Shown: in pieces, positions 21,615 through 30,552 of the stretch | Numbering within the stretch: position 1 is the first letter of the stretch | Layout of the letters: every line of letters begins with the position of its first letter | Assembly: GCA_028868715.1 (NCBI GenBank) | Contig: JAGWUB010000001.1 | Location: 247,206 to 311,205, forward strand | Source of the DNA: Patescibacteria group bacterium | GTDB taxonomy: Bacteria > Patescibacteriota > Minisyncoccia > Phycocordibacterales > UBA9973 | Length of the DNA stretch: 64,000 nucleotides | Direction: 5' to 3' | Notes under the pieces: generated by a model | Told to the model about the DNA's origin: nothing | The model's database searches: none | The model's input: the letters and a program-made list of their open reading frames with translations, nothing else | Position numbers and translations under genes: made by a program

Positions 21615-21688
21615 GGGCCCTTAGCTCATCTGGCTAGAGCGCCTCATTTGCAATGAGGAGGTGGCAGGTTCGAGTCCTGTAGGGTCCA
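21615..21688 (+). tRNA. tRNA-Ala(TGC)
   Basis: Cloverleaf, anticodon TGC, G3:U70 pair; 3' reads ACCG so full CCA is not encoded. Confidence 0.95.
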
Positions 21689-21708
21689 CCGAAAAGTTAG
21701 TTATTTTT

Positions 21709-21783
21709 TCCGGGGTAGCTCAGCGGTAGAGCGGTCGCCTGTTAAGCGATTGGTCGTAGGTTCGATCCCTACCCCCGGAGCCA
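21709..21783 (+). tRNA. tRNA-Asn(GTT)
   Basis: Cloverleaf, anticodon GTT, encoded CCA. Confidence 0.95.
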
Positions 21784-21876
21784 AGAAGGATGAACATCTG
21801 CGAAAGCAGGTGATTTATACACTCTCAAGGGCATTGAAGTGACGGATGATTTAAATAAGATGATAAACGACATAAA

Positions 21877-22935
21877 CTAGTGTATTGTGCTGAAACTCTG
21901 AATATTGCTATTTATTATGGAGTTAGTAGAATCTTTTGATATTACTTTATAATAGTATTTTGTTGCAATATTTAAATTTGAAAGGTTTACAATATGGCTT
22001 GTGGTAGCACTTAGGCCATTTACAGTGGTCGTATTACCTGTAGGTAGACTTACGTCCGTTGAGTAATCAACCTCGCTTGTGGAAGCCACATTAGTTGTCC
22101 AAATAACAGTTGCAGATTTTTGAGCAATGTTCGTAACCCCAACGTTAGATATGGCAAGCTTTGGCGCTAGTGGCGTAGAGGTTGTACTTGGTAAAGGCAA
22201 GGATTGTATCCCAGAAGATTGGCTTTGCAAATCAACTATCTGTGATTGTACTGTCGCTATGTCGGAATATAACTGCGATATCTGATTTTGTATATCTGTT
22301 GTGTTTGTTGGAATGCCATTAGTGTCTGTTTGCGAAGTTTGATTCTGCAAATCTGGAATAGAGGAAATATCTATAGGCTCAAATGTAGTTGTAGCATTTT
22401 CCTGGTCAAGCTCAATCATTGACTCGTAAAATTTTTCTCTCGTAGTCGAATCAAAAACACCAGTTTCAGTTAACCCTGACTGTGATTGAAATTGCTTCAC
22501 CACTGTCTTTGTTACGGTATCGTATAATCCTGTAACTTTATCTAAAGTAACAGTATCAGAGGAATAAATATCTGGGAATTGAATTAACAATTCTTGAAGC
22601 TTGCTAACATCATCTCCCTTGTCTCCTAACTTTAGGTTTCTTTTAAAAATATTTCTCAAATTTATAATTTCAATCTGGGAACTTAAGTCAGCCAGTTGAG
22701 TATTCTCCGACTGAATCTGATTTTCAAGCTGTCCCAACGCATCTGCAATCGTAAGTGTTTGAGCGGTTCCCTTACTAGTATTATTTGCCGTGGAATCTGC
22801 TCCTTGTATGCCAATTGCACTCAAAGAATCACTAATGAAGCCTGAAAAGTTGCCGATTTTTTTAACCACTACAAAAAAAGTTATTACGAATATAATACAA
22901 ACTAGTGATACACCAAATATAGCCTTCCTTTTCAT
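21877..22935 (-). CDS. Surface protein: TM, coiled coil, peptidoglycan-binding domain, C-terminal FnIII-like domain
   Basis: LKLGDKGDDVSKLQELL...VKQFQ...GL.ETG; ATVIWTTN...H.VNLSNL...YYYKV. Confidence 0.8.
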   Translation of the reverse strand: MKRKAIFGVSLVCIIFVITFFVVVKKIGNFSGFISDSLSAIGIQGADSTANNTSKGTAQTLTIADALGQLENQIQSENTQLADLSSQIEIINLRNIFKRNLKLGDKGDDVSKLQELLIQFPDIYSSDTVTLDKVTGLYDTVTKTVVKQFQSQSGLTETGVFDSTTREKFYESMIELDQENATTTFEPIDISSIPDLQNQTSQTDTNGIPTNTTDIQNQISQLYSDIATVQSQIVDLQSQSSGIQSLPLPSTTSTPLAPKLAISNVGVTNIAQKSATVIWTTNVASTSEVDYSTDVSLPTGNTTTVNGLSATTSHIVNLSNLNIATKYYYKVISKDSTNSIINSNIQSFSTIH

Positions 22936-23254
22936 AATTGTTTATTATATCACAACTATTAAAGATCTATATTATACGCAATAACTACTTTGACGGATCG
23001 AGCTGAAACTCTCTCAAGTCTGGAGCCATATCTCTTATGTATAATGACCAAGGGGAGTAATTTACATAATTTAGAAAAATCAGTTAGTGATATCTCAAAG
23101 CTAGTTTACACTGAAGTAAACGCAGGTACCGATTAATATAAAATAATACTCAGATCCCACATTTGGTTTTTTGTATTTATGTGGTATAAACAAGGAGAAT
23201 TTAGTTCCTAATTTTTTGACAATTTAGTGGCATAGGCCACAAAAGGAGGTTAAT

Positions 23255-23617
23255 ATGTATAGCAATTTTAGAGTTATACTTATTTTCGACATAGAAGCAA
23301 AGCTAAGCAGACGACTCCAAAATTGGATGGAGGAGAATTTCCTGTTAGCGATTCAAAGGACAGAGTGCTTCTTTGTGGGATTTGATAAGGGTATGGACAG
23401 AGAAACCAAGAGTCGGGAATTTCTCCACACGCTTATTTATATACTCAAGCCAAAGGACGAAGATCACTGGCAGGTGTTTAAAGAAGAATTTAGACCAAGC
23501 TTCCAACAGCAATTTTTGGAAGAGTGGGGAAATCTCTTGAACACCAACCGGCTAGTCGCCCACAAGGAAGTGGTCTGCTGGCTTCGAGAAGACGGTAATG
23601 TTTCCTTGGACCACTAG
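23255..23617 (+). CDS. Hypothetical protein
   Basis: 120-aa ORF with strong SD AAGGAGGT and downstream terminator. Confidence 0.65.
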   Translation: MYSNFRVILIFDIEAKLSRRLQNWMEENFLLAIQRTECFFVGFDKGMDRETKSREFLHTLIYILKPKDEDHWQVFKEEFRPSFQQQFLEEWGNLLNTNRLVAHKEVVCWLREDGNVSLDH

Positions 23618-23627
23618 CCACATCATC

Positions 23628-23680
23628 AAGCCACCCACACAAGAAAGCCTACTGGCATATCTTGCGGGTGGCTTTTCTTT
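23628..23680 (+). terminator. Intrinsic terminator
   Basis: AAGCCACCC...GGGTGGCTT plus T-run. Confidence 0.65.
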
Positions 23681-23754
23681 TTAAGATAAAGTATTTGAGT
23701 TTATTAATTTGCCTTTAGCCACTATAGGTATATAGTTAAGCTGGAGGTGAATAA

Positions 23755-24150
23755 ATGAAAGCCAAATTAAAAATTTTGGCGACATTTTTCGCCAAAATAT
23801 CAGTAATAATTGTTCTCTTTAGTTTTGTGGTTGCTGGGCAAAAAAGCCCCGCAGCAATAAGGACGATCCTGATCCCAGTTTTGACTCATAACAGTCTTCA
23901 CACAGACGAAGAGGAATTGTGGTCAAGTGTCGAAGTAGAGTATATAACTTTAGTCGACATTCAAAATGGTGGGTTTATGCACTACAGAGACCCCCAAGGG
24001 GAGTTTCTGGCAATGGGTTGGGACCTAGGAACAACCTTTGATGTTCCGAAGAACAGAGGACGATTTACTCTTGAGGGATGCTTCTTGATGCTTTATTGCA
24101 AGAAGCACAAAATGGCCTATCTTCTCAGGCAGGTTCAGTGCCTAGAGTAG
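23755..24150 (+). CDS. Hypothetical protein with N-terminal signal/TM
   Basis: 131-aa ORF with SD GGAGGTGA and downstream terminator. Confidence 0.6.
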   Translation: MKAKLKILATFFAKISVIIVLFSFVVAGQKSPAAIRTILIPVLTHNSLHTDEEELWSSVEVEYITLVDIQNGGFMHYRDPQGEFLAMGWDLGTTFDVPKNRGRFTLEGCFLMLYCKKHKMAYLLRQVQCLE

Positions 24151-24163
24151 ATTTTATTACAAC

Positions 24164-24200
24164 AAGCTACATTGAGAACCAATCTCAATGTAGCTTTTCT
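24164..24200 (+). terminator. Intrinsic terminator
   Basis: AAGCTACATTGAGA-ACCAA-TCTCAATGTAGCTT 14-bp stem plus T's. Confidence 0.75.
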
Positions 24201-24248
24201 ATTTAAGGGAGGATTGCTAAAATTTACTCATTTTAATACAATATATCT

Positions 24249-24440
24249 ATGGAAAAAATGCCACAAAAAGATGAAGAGAAATTTAAAATTAAGTGCGCAA
24301 ATTGCTCAAAAGAGGTGGAAGTAGCGTTGTTTCCTTGGAGTGGTGGTGGTTATACAGCAATTTGTCCAGTCTGCGGAAAGCTTGCTTATAACAGTAAAGA
24401 AAAACCACGCTTGAATTTAATTCAAGATAACATCAAATAG
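24249..24440 (+). CDS. Small zinc-ribbon protein
   Basis: CANC...CPVC in 63 aa. Confidence 0.6.
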   Translation: MEKMPQKDEEKFKIKCANCSKEVEVALFPWSGGGYTAICPVCGKLAYNSKEKPRLNLIQDNIK

Positions 24441-24441
24441 C

Positions 24442-24684
24442 ATGCTTGAAAAACTTTTTCCACATACCCATCATCACCCAGGAGAATCATTTCGTAGATC
24501 CGTAGTTAAAACAGTCACCTATAGAGTGGCCATTTTAATTATAGACTTTACCGTAATTTATTTATTTACTAGGCAGGTAAAGATAGCCGTAGGATTTATG
24601 ATTTTGAGTAATATTTATACTTCAATTTCTTATTTTTTCCACGAGAGAATATGGGACAATATTAAGTGGGGTAAAATTACTTAA
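24442..24684 (+). CDS. DUF2061-like small membrane protein
   Basis: RSVVKTVTYR...YFFHERIWDNIKWG. Confidence 0.8.
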   Translation: MLEKLFPHTHHHPGESFRRSVVKTVTYRVAILIIDFTVIYLFTRQVKIAVGFMILSNIYTSISYFFHERIWDNIKWGKIT

Positions 24685-24690
24685 ACATTC

Positions 24691-26529
24691 TTAACCACCA
24701 AAAAATTCTTTGTGCCAGATAGCAAGCATCAAAAGTGTGAAAACTTTTCTAGAATTTTTACCTACAGATGTTTGATGGAAAGCTAGCATTTCTTCGATAG
24801 TCTTCAGATTGAAGTTGGTTTTTATATAAGTATTTTCAAGTATAATTTTTTCAATTTCGGAAAATTTCTCTTTGATCATTGATCCGACTGGGGTAGGGAA
24901 GCCTAATTTTTTTCGTGTACGGGTTGCTTCCGGAACAATGTCTTTCATTGATTCTCGCAATAGATACTTGGTTTGACCATTTCTCCATTTCATATCATCC
25001 GCCAAGGTTGAAGCAAAATTTGACACATCTATATCTAGGAATGGCACTCTTAACTCTAAAGAATTCGCCATAGTCATTTTGTCAGCTTTGGCCAATATGT
25101 CTCCGACAAGCCAAGTATTGATATCAACATACTCCATTTTGTCAGAATCAGAAAAATCTTTTACTTGGTCATAGTAATTTTTTAAATTCATTCTTTCTAG
25201 TTTTTCTCCTTTCCAAAGTTTTTCAACTTCGCCTTGGTTGAAGATGGAAGCATTGCCGATGTACCAATCTTCTGTTTTTTGTAATGATCTTTTTAAAAAC
25301 TTTACCCCGCGCAAATTTGGGGAAATTTTATTTAAAATTACGATAAAAATTTTCCTTACAAATACAGGAATAATTTGTAATTTTTTTCTGGCTAACGGCT
25401 CTAAATAAATATTGTAGCCACCGAAAAGTTCATCTGCGCCCTCGCCAGAGAGAACAACCTTCACTTTCTTTCTGGCTTCGCGAGCCAGAAAATATAGCTG
25501 AATTGCAGAAGGGTCTGACACTGGTTCATCAAAATGCCAGACAATTTTAGGTAGAATATCAAAATACTCCTTCCAATTTAAAACAATCTCATGATGGTCT
25601 GATTGTATGACTTTTGCTAGGTCACGGGCGTTGTCCCACTCATTGGCTTCTTTAAATCCAACCGTAAAGGTAGATAGTTTTTCGCCTGTTTTCTTTTTCA
25701 CTTTTGAAGCTAGCGAGGCGATGATTCCACTATCAATTCCACCACTTAAAAAAGAACCTACCGGAACATCAGCAATCATATGAGCTGAAACAGAGTCAGC
25801 CATTATATTTTCCAATGTTTTTTTGCCATTTTCTAAATCAATAATTTCTGGTTTGAAACTAAATGACCAATATTTTTTATCTTCAAATGATTGATCAGCC
25901 AGATTTACTTTTAAATAATGCCCAGGCAAAAGCTTGAATATATTTTTAAAAAATGTTTCTGAGAGGGGATTATATTGAAAAAATAAATAATTATATACCG
26001 CTTCGTTATTCATTTCTTTTTTATATACTGGATGTTGCAATAGGCTTTTTATTTCAGAACCAAAGGCTAAAATTTGATTGTTTTGTTTTATATAATAAAG
26101 TGGTTTAATGCCAAAATAATCACGAGCAATAAAAACTGAATTTTCTTTCTTGTTAAAAATTGCAAAGGTAAACATTCCTCGCAATTTGCCCAGCATCAGT
26201 TCTTTCTCGGCTATATAAAGATTTAAAATAACCTCTGTATCAGTTTCTGTTTTAAATTTGAAACCTTTTTCCTGAAGTTCTTTCCGGAGAGCTATATAGT
26301 TATAAATTTCACCATTAAAAATTATTGTGTAATTACCATCATCAGAGCCGATTGGTTGCTTGCCAGTCTTTAGGTCGATAATGGAAAGACGGCGCATAGC
26401 TAAAGCTACATTTTCAGCATAAAAAAAACCATCATCATCCGGACCACGATGAGTTATAAGCTCATTCATTTTTTTGAGAGTTTCTTCTCTGTCTTTTGGG
26501 TTTCCAATTATTCCAACTATGCCACACAT
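24691..26529 (-). CDS. asnB: Glutamine-hydrolysing asparagine synthase family amidotransferase (possibly cell-wall amidation)
   Basis: MCGIVG, HRGPD, FNGEIYN, LSGGIDS, SGEGADELFGGY, ELRVPFLD. Confidence 0.9.
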   Translation of the reverse strand: MCGIVGIIGNPKDREETLKKMNELITHRGPDDDGFFYAENVALAMRRLSIIDLKTGKQPIGSDDGNYTIIFNGEIYNYIALRKELQEKGFKFKTETDTEVILNLYIAEKELMLGKLRGMFTFAIFNKKENSVFIARDYFGIKPLYYIKQNNQILAFGSEIKSLLQHPVYKKEMNNEAVYNYLFFQYNPLSETFFKNIFKLLPGHYLKVNLADQSFEDKKYWSFSFKPEIIDLENGKKTLENIMADSVSAHMIADVPVGSFLSGGIDSGIIASLASKVKKKTGEKLSTFTVGFKEANEWDNARDLAKVIQSDHHEIVLNWKEYFDILPKIVWHFDEPVSDPSAIQLYFLAREARKKVKVVLSGEGADELFGGYNIYLEPLARKKLQIIPVFVRKIFIVILNKISPNLRGVKFLKRSLQKTEDWYIGNASIFNQGEVEKLWKGEKLERMNLKNYYDQVKDFSDSDKMEYVDINTWLVGDILAKADKMTMANSLELRVPFLDIDVSNFASTLADDMKWRNGQTKYLLRESMKDIVPEATRTRKKLGFPTPVGSMIKEKFSEIEKIILENTYIKTNFNLKTIEEMLAFHQTSVGKNSRKVFTLLMLAIWHKEFFGG

Positions 26530-26545
26530 ATATTTTTCATAAAAA

Positions 26546-27445
26546 TTATTCTACCACTACGGCTTGATTAGTAAGATTACCCAGCATGTTCATATGAGTC
26601 ATTAAACGTTTTGTGCTCCAATAAACACTTTCACCAGTCAGGGGATCATTCAAGAAAAAACCAACTGGGTTATCTTTATCACCAACGACCGATGTGATTA
26701 CTCGCACATGTTCTCCACGATAAGCTACGATTTTTTTACCTGCTTCTGTTTTCCATGAATATTTAATTATTGGTGATCCTGGATTAAAAAATCCCCAGAC
26801 AATGACCGGATGTTTTTCGTATATTTCAGAGGCTAAAAAAGTAGCTGAAACCCCGAGATAAGCTTTTGCCGTCCTCCCAAAAGAAATAGCAGCTTTGGCT
26901 ATCGGTGGGGCAAAAGTTCCATAACCACTTTTTGTCGTGTCATCAATAAAACCGACAAACATTTCGTTGGGGTCTCCCCAAATACCGTTGTCTGCGTCAA
27001 ACGCAACTGGGTCATAGCCAACTTGTTTTACGATGTCCATATCAGTCGCTTCAATGTTATAGTAGGCGAGAACCATGCGCAAAGATGCTTCCTCGCAACT
27101 TCTTGCATAACTTTGTTTTAAAATAGGAACGTTTAAGCTAACTACATTAAACAACGAAAGATCGGGAGGCACTTCTTTTTTTAAAGTAGCCATAAATGGG
27201 TCTGGCGGTATTGGCTTGGTGGCAGGTGCTGGCTCACCCTTGGTCGGTGTTTCTACTGGAACCGAAGCTGTACTTGTAGGGCTTATAGGAAGGGTATTAT
27301 CCTCCTTGGCGCTATAAAGCAAAGTTTGGTTTAAAATGGAAATTCTCTGGTGTTCCGCTAGGATATAAACTAGAAAGACTACAACCACCAAAGAAATCAA
27401 TATTTTTATATAAGTTGAAAAACTGGACATATAGTTGCTATTCAT
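26546..27445 (-). CDS. Membrane-anchored C39-like cysteine peptidase
   Basis: VPILKQ...SCEEASLRMVL, EHVRVI, LNDPL. Confidence 0.8.
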   Translation of the reverse strand: MNSNYMSSFSTYIKILISLVVVVFLVYILAEHQRISILNQTLLYSAKEDNTLPISPTSTASVPVETPTKGEPAPATKPIPPDPFMATLKKEVPPDLSLFNVVSLNVPILKQSYARSCEEASLRMVLAYYNIEATDMDIVKQVGYDPVAFDADNGIWGDPNEMFVGFIDDTTKSGYGTFAPPIAKAAISFGRTAKAYLGVSATFLASEIYEKHPVIVWGFFNPGSPIIKYSWKTEAGKKIVAYRGEHVRVITSVVGDKDNPVGFFLNDPLTGESVYWSTKRLMTHMNMLGNLTNQAVVVE

Positions 27446-27463
27446 TATACACTTTTTAACGAG

Positions 27464-28021
27464 ATGGAGAAGACTAAAGATATAGATAAAAATATCCTAA
27501 TTCGAGCCAAGACTGGAGACTTGGAAGCTTTCGAGTATATATTGTCTTTTTATGAAAAGGCCATATATAACTATTGTTTGCGGATGATAAAAAATTCTCA
27601 GAATGCAAAAGACATAACTCAAGAAACTTTTATAAAAGTATACACTCATCGTAAAGAAATAGATCCAGAAAAAAATATTAAAACTTGGATATTTACTATC
27701 GCCACAAATACCACGTATGATTTTATTAGAAGTAAAAAAAGAAAACGAGAAACGAGTTTGGATGAAAAAACTGAGAGGAATGAAACAATACCCAATCTCG
27801 AAGCGTATTACCCGAGAGAGGGACTTGTTTCTGATGTCGAGAGGGCTTTGGAGCAAATTAATCCCAAATACGGGGAAGCCCTTATCTTGTTTTATCAACA
27901 GGGTTTTGAATACAAGGAAATAGCCGAGATACTTAATATTCCCATCAATACAATCAAAACGCACATTAGCAGGGGCAAGGATCAATTAAAAGATATACTT
28001 AAAGAATATGGAAAAGATTGA
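27464..28021 (+). CDS. ECF sigma factor
   Basis: DITQETFIKVY, TWIFTIATN, YKEIAEILNIPINTIKTHISRGK. Confidence 0.93.
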   Translation: MEKTKDIDKNILIRAKTGDLEAFEYILSFYEKAIYNYCLRMIKNSQNAKDITQETFIKVYTHRKEIDPEKNIKTWIFTIATNTTYDFIRSKKRKRETSLDEKTERNETIPNLEAYYPREGLVSDVERALEQINPKYGEALILFYQQGFEYKEIAEILNIPINTIKTHISRGKDQLKDILKEYGKD

Positions 28022-28376
28022 CGAACAATTAAATAATCTTTCTTCAATGGAAGTTCCAGACAAGGTACATAACTCTGTGATGCAGAGAATTCACAATAGT
28101 CGCTTGCTACCAATGCTATTTATCATCTTTACTATTCTTGTACTCAGTCTTTTGATAAATATTTTTTATATAAACTCTAAATTAATAGATGTTGAGTTTG
28201 TTGACATGATGCGAGATTTTCTTGATGTCTTTAGTTTTAGTTTTGCTTTTATAAATGTAATGCTGGTAAGTTTTTTTGAAATAATCTCTCCGATGTTTGT
28301 CTTGTTTGCAGTCTTTTGTTTTATAGCGGCAATATATGTTATAAATAAAATTCGATTGTATCGACTTCCTAAATAA
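28008..28376 (+). CDS. Putative membrane anti-sigma factor
   Basis: Overlaps ECF sigma stop; EVPDKVHNSVMQRI followed by TM helices. Confidence 0.65.
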   Translation: MEKIDEQLNNLSSMEVPDKVHNSVMQRIHNSRLLPMLFIIFTILVLSLLINIFYINSKLIDVEFVDMMRDFLDVFSFSFAFINVMLVSFFEIISPMFVLFAVFCFIAAIYVINKIRLYRLPK

Positions 28377-28385
28377 AGTTTCAAT

Positions 28386-28417
28386 AAAAAAAACACCCTA
28401 GCGAGGGTGTTTTTTTT
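28386..28417. terminator. Bidirectional terminator
   Basis: A8-CACCCT-AGCG-AGGGTG-T8 between convergent genes. Confidence 0.8.
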
Positions 28418-28434
28418 ATAATAATTAAGAATAA

Positions 28435-28995
28435 TTATTTCTTTGGGCAAGCTTTAACAGCAGCTGTGTATGCACTCCAAGCAGCTTTCACTGAAGCAGC
28501 TTGTGTAACAGCAATGCTCTTAAGAGCTGACTTGTAAGTCATATTAGCTGTCTTTACAGCAGATGCGTAAGCAGAGTTAGCTGTCTTTACAGCAGATGCG
28601 TAAGCAGAGTTAGCAGCTTTTAATGCAGCCGCACCAGCTACCTTGTCTGTATTTGCCTTAGCAGCAGCTACAGCAGTATCTCTGGTTGCTTTTGCAGCAG
28701 CAACAGCTGAAGTTCTAGCTGCTTTTGCTGTAGCAATAGCAGAATCTCTAGCAGTCTTTGCAGTATCTTTAGCTGCTTTTGCTGTATCGGAAGCCGCCTT
28801 AACAGCAGCGACACGAGCAGTTCTAGCGTTAGCTACACATACTTTTGGAGTTATAACTGTTGTATTACCTGTAGTTCCACCTGTTGTGCCTTGGGCAAAA
28901 GCAGATCCTGAGCTACCAAGTAAAAGGGCAATAGCTAAAACTGGGATCGCAAATTTCATTTTATTTGTCATATTTTTAGTAAGATTTATTAACAT
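28435..28995 (-). CDS. Secreted Ala/Lys/Thr-rich helical repeat protein (start may be a downstream ATG)
   Basis: Signal peptide ending SAFA; 11-aa periodic repeats; two Cys bracket the helical region. Confidence 0.8.
   Translation of the reverse strand: MLINLTKNMTNKMKFAIPVLAIALLLGSSGSAFAQGTTGGTTGNTTVITPKVCVANARTARVAAVKAASDTAKAAKDTAKTARDSAIATAKAARTSAVAAAKATRDTAVAAAKANTDKVAGAAALKAANSAYASAVKTANSAYASAVKTANMTYKSALKSIAVTQAASVKAAWSAYTAAVKACPKK
28544..28614. repeat. Exact 33-bp tandem repeat (2+ copies) encoding ANSAYASAVKT
   Basis: TTAGCTGTCTTTACAGCAGATGCGTAAGCAGAG x2 plus TTAGC. Confidence 0.9.
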
Positions 28996-29017
28996 ATTAA
29001 TTCGACCTTACCCTTAA

Positions 29018-29044
29018 TACGTCAAGGTATACCATTTTGTTTCA
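29018..29044 (-). promoter_or_regulatory. ECF-sigma-type promoter
   Basis: Minus strand TGAAAC-17 nt-CGTA upstream of the Ala-rich gene. Confidence 0.6.
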
Positions 29045-29066
29045 ATATTGATATAATACAGACATA

Positions 29067-29582
29067 ATGCAAAAAGAGGTTATAAATAACGACAAAGTTC
29101 TATCTGAACAAAAGATAGAACACGAATTGTTTGATATTGGTATTTTACTTAAAGGTATTCATGCGCTCATAGAAATTATTGGTGGCGCGTTTACTTTTTT
29201 GATAAGCCCCCATTTTGTCTTGCGGATCGTTACCAAGATTACCCAAGGAGAACTTTTTGAAGATCCTAATGATTTTTTGACACGATATTTTGTTGACTTT
29301 GCTCACAGTATTTCGGTTGGCACCAAGCAATTTATCGCATTCTACTTACTTTCACACGGAATTACTAACTTGATCTTAGTGATAGGTCTTTTTAAAAAAA
29401 AGATTTGGGCGTATCATGCTTCATTTGTTGTGCTCACACTTTTTGCCCTTTATCAAATATACAGGTATATTTATCACCCCAGTATTTGGATGATTATATT
29501 AACTATCTTTGACTTCATAGTTCTATGGTTGATCTGGAGAGAGTATGAAAGAATAAAGGGTAAGTGGAAACCAATAATCTAG
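29067..29582 (+). CDS. DUF2127-like membrane protein
   Basis: LKGIHALIEIIGG, YLLSHG, multiple TMs, LIWREY. Confidence 0.8.
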   Translation: MQKEVINNDKVLSEQKIEHELFDIGILLKGIHALIEIIGGAFTFLISPHFVLRIVTKITQGELFEDPNDFLTRYFVDFAHSISVGTKQFIAFYLLSHGITNLILVIGLFKKKIWAYHASFVVLTLFALYQIYRYIYHPSIWMIILTIFDFIVLWLIWREYERIKGKWKPII

Positions 29583-29588
29583 AGAGTT

Positions 29589-29969
29589 TTACTTCTTCTT
29601 TATAATTTCCAAAATTTTGTCTAACTTGTCATTCTCAATTGAGTCCAATCTTTTCATTAAGGTTTCGATATCTTTTTTTGCTTCTAGGTTTGTCTCATAA
29701 TCTGCATCTGCTCGTAATTCTGAATGTTTGCTTTGCAAATTCTGCCCCACCATAATTATTGATAACAGGACGAGTTGTAGAAAAGTCTGAGCTATCCATG
29801 AAATTGTAGTGGCTGTGCCTCCGTGTACTGCCTCTGGCAGGCTGATTAAGGCCAAGACCGTGAAAGCTATCGCACACCACATTGTGCCGACTATGTTGGT
29901 TATAAAAATAGCAGCTTTATCAAGCAGAGTTAATCTATCCCTATGCTCTTTGTTTACATTTCTGACCAT
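29589..29969 (-). CDS. DUF1003-like membrane protein
   Basis: LQLVLLSIIMVGQN...RADADYETN. Confidence 0.75.
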   Translation of the reverse strand: MVRNVNKEHRDRLTLLDKAAIFITNIVGTMWCAIAFTVLALISLPEAVHGGTATTISWIAQTFLQLVLLSIIMVGQNLQSKHSELRADADYETNLEAKKDIETLMKRLDSIENDKLDKILEIIKKK

Positions 29970-30021
29970 AGCTTAATTATATATTAAAAATAAAGCTTAA
30001 CAAGCAAAACAGGGGAGCTAG

Positions 30022-30077
30022 TTGACAAAAGGGTTGATTTAGAATATACTTAGGCTACCTAACTATTAGGTAGTTAA
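30022..30077 (+). promoter_or_regulatory. sigma70 promoter with overlapping palindromic operator (putative MarR site)
   Basis: TTGACA-17-TATACT then TTAGGCTACCTAA and CTACCTAA-CTA-TTAGGTAG. Confidence 0.75.
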
Positions 30078-30089
30078 ATATTAATATAT

Positions 30090-30512
30090 ATGGCAAACAA
30101 AGGCCCAAAATACAACCTCGAAGAATTACTGCTCCTTTTTAAAAGGAGTATTCGAGATATAATTAAAAAGGAAGGATTTAAAGATGATCTTACCTTTTCG
30201 CAAGTAGAAGTTTTACGTTTTGTTGGTCTTTCTGGGAAAAGGACAATGAAGAACATCGCTGACTATTTAAAAATTACTCCACCGTCAGCCAGCCAAATAA
30301 TTTCTGAAATGGAAAAGAAAAACTTGATCAAAAGAAAAAGTGACGAAAATGACCGCAGAGTTGTATTTATCATTTTATCCGATAAGGCCAAAAAACTTTT
30401 TACTTCACTATCCGACCACAAAGATGCTGTTTTTGAAAAAATGATTTCAAAATTAAATGGTTCGGATCGAAAAACCCTTGAACGTATTATTAGAATTCTT
30501 ATTACAGAATAA
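30090..30512 (+). CDS. MarR-family transcriptional regulator
   Basis: LTFSQVEVL, TMKNIADYLKITPPSAS, DRRVVFI. Confidence 0.92.
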   Translation: MANKGPKYNLEELLLLFKRSIRDIIKKEGFKDDLTFSQVEVLRFVGLSGKRTMKNIADYLKITPPSASQIISEMEKKNLIKRKSDENDRRVVFIILSDKAKKLFTSLSDHKDAVFEKMISKLNGSDRKTLERIIRILITE

Positions 30513-30552
30513 TTCCAGTAGTAGAATAAGTTCACTACAGGACAAACAATTT

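Noticed and set aside
24691-27445. asnB-like gene plus cysteine peptidase as a lasso-peptide/RiPP cluster
   Set aside because: AsnB has an intact N-terminal Cys glutaminase domain, the peptidase is membrane-anchored C39-like rather than a lasso B protein, and no precursor or RRE is seen
28544-28614. 33-bp direct repeats as a CRISPR array
   Set aside because: Repeats are adjacent with no spacers, in frame within a coding gene, and no cas genes are present
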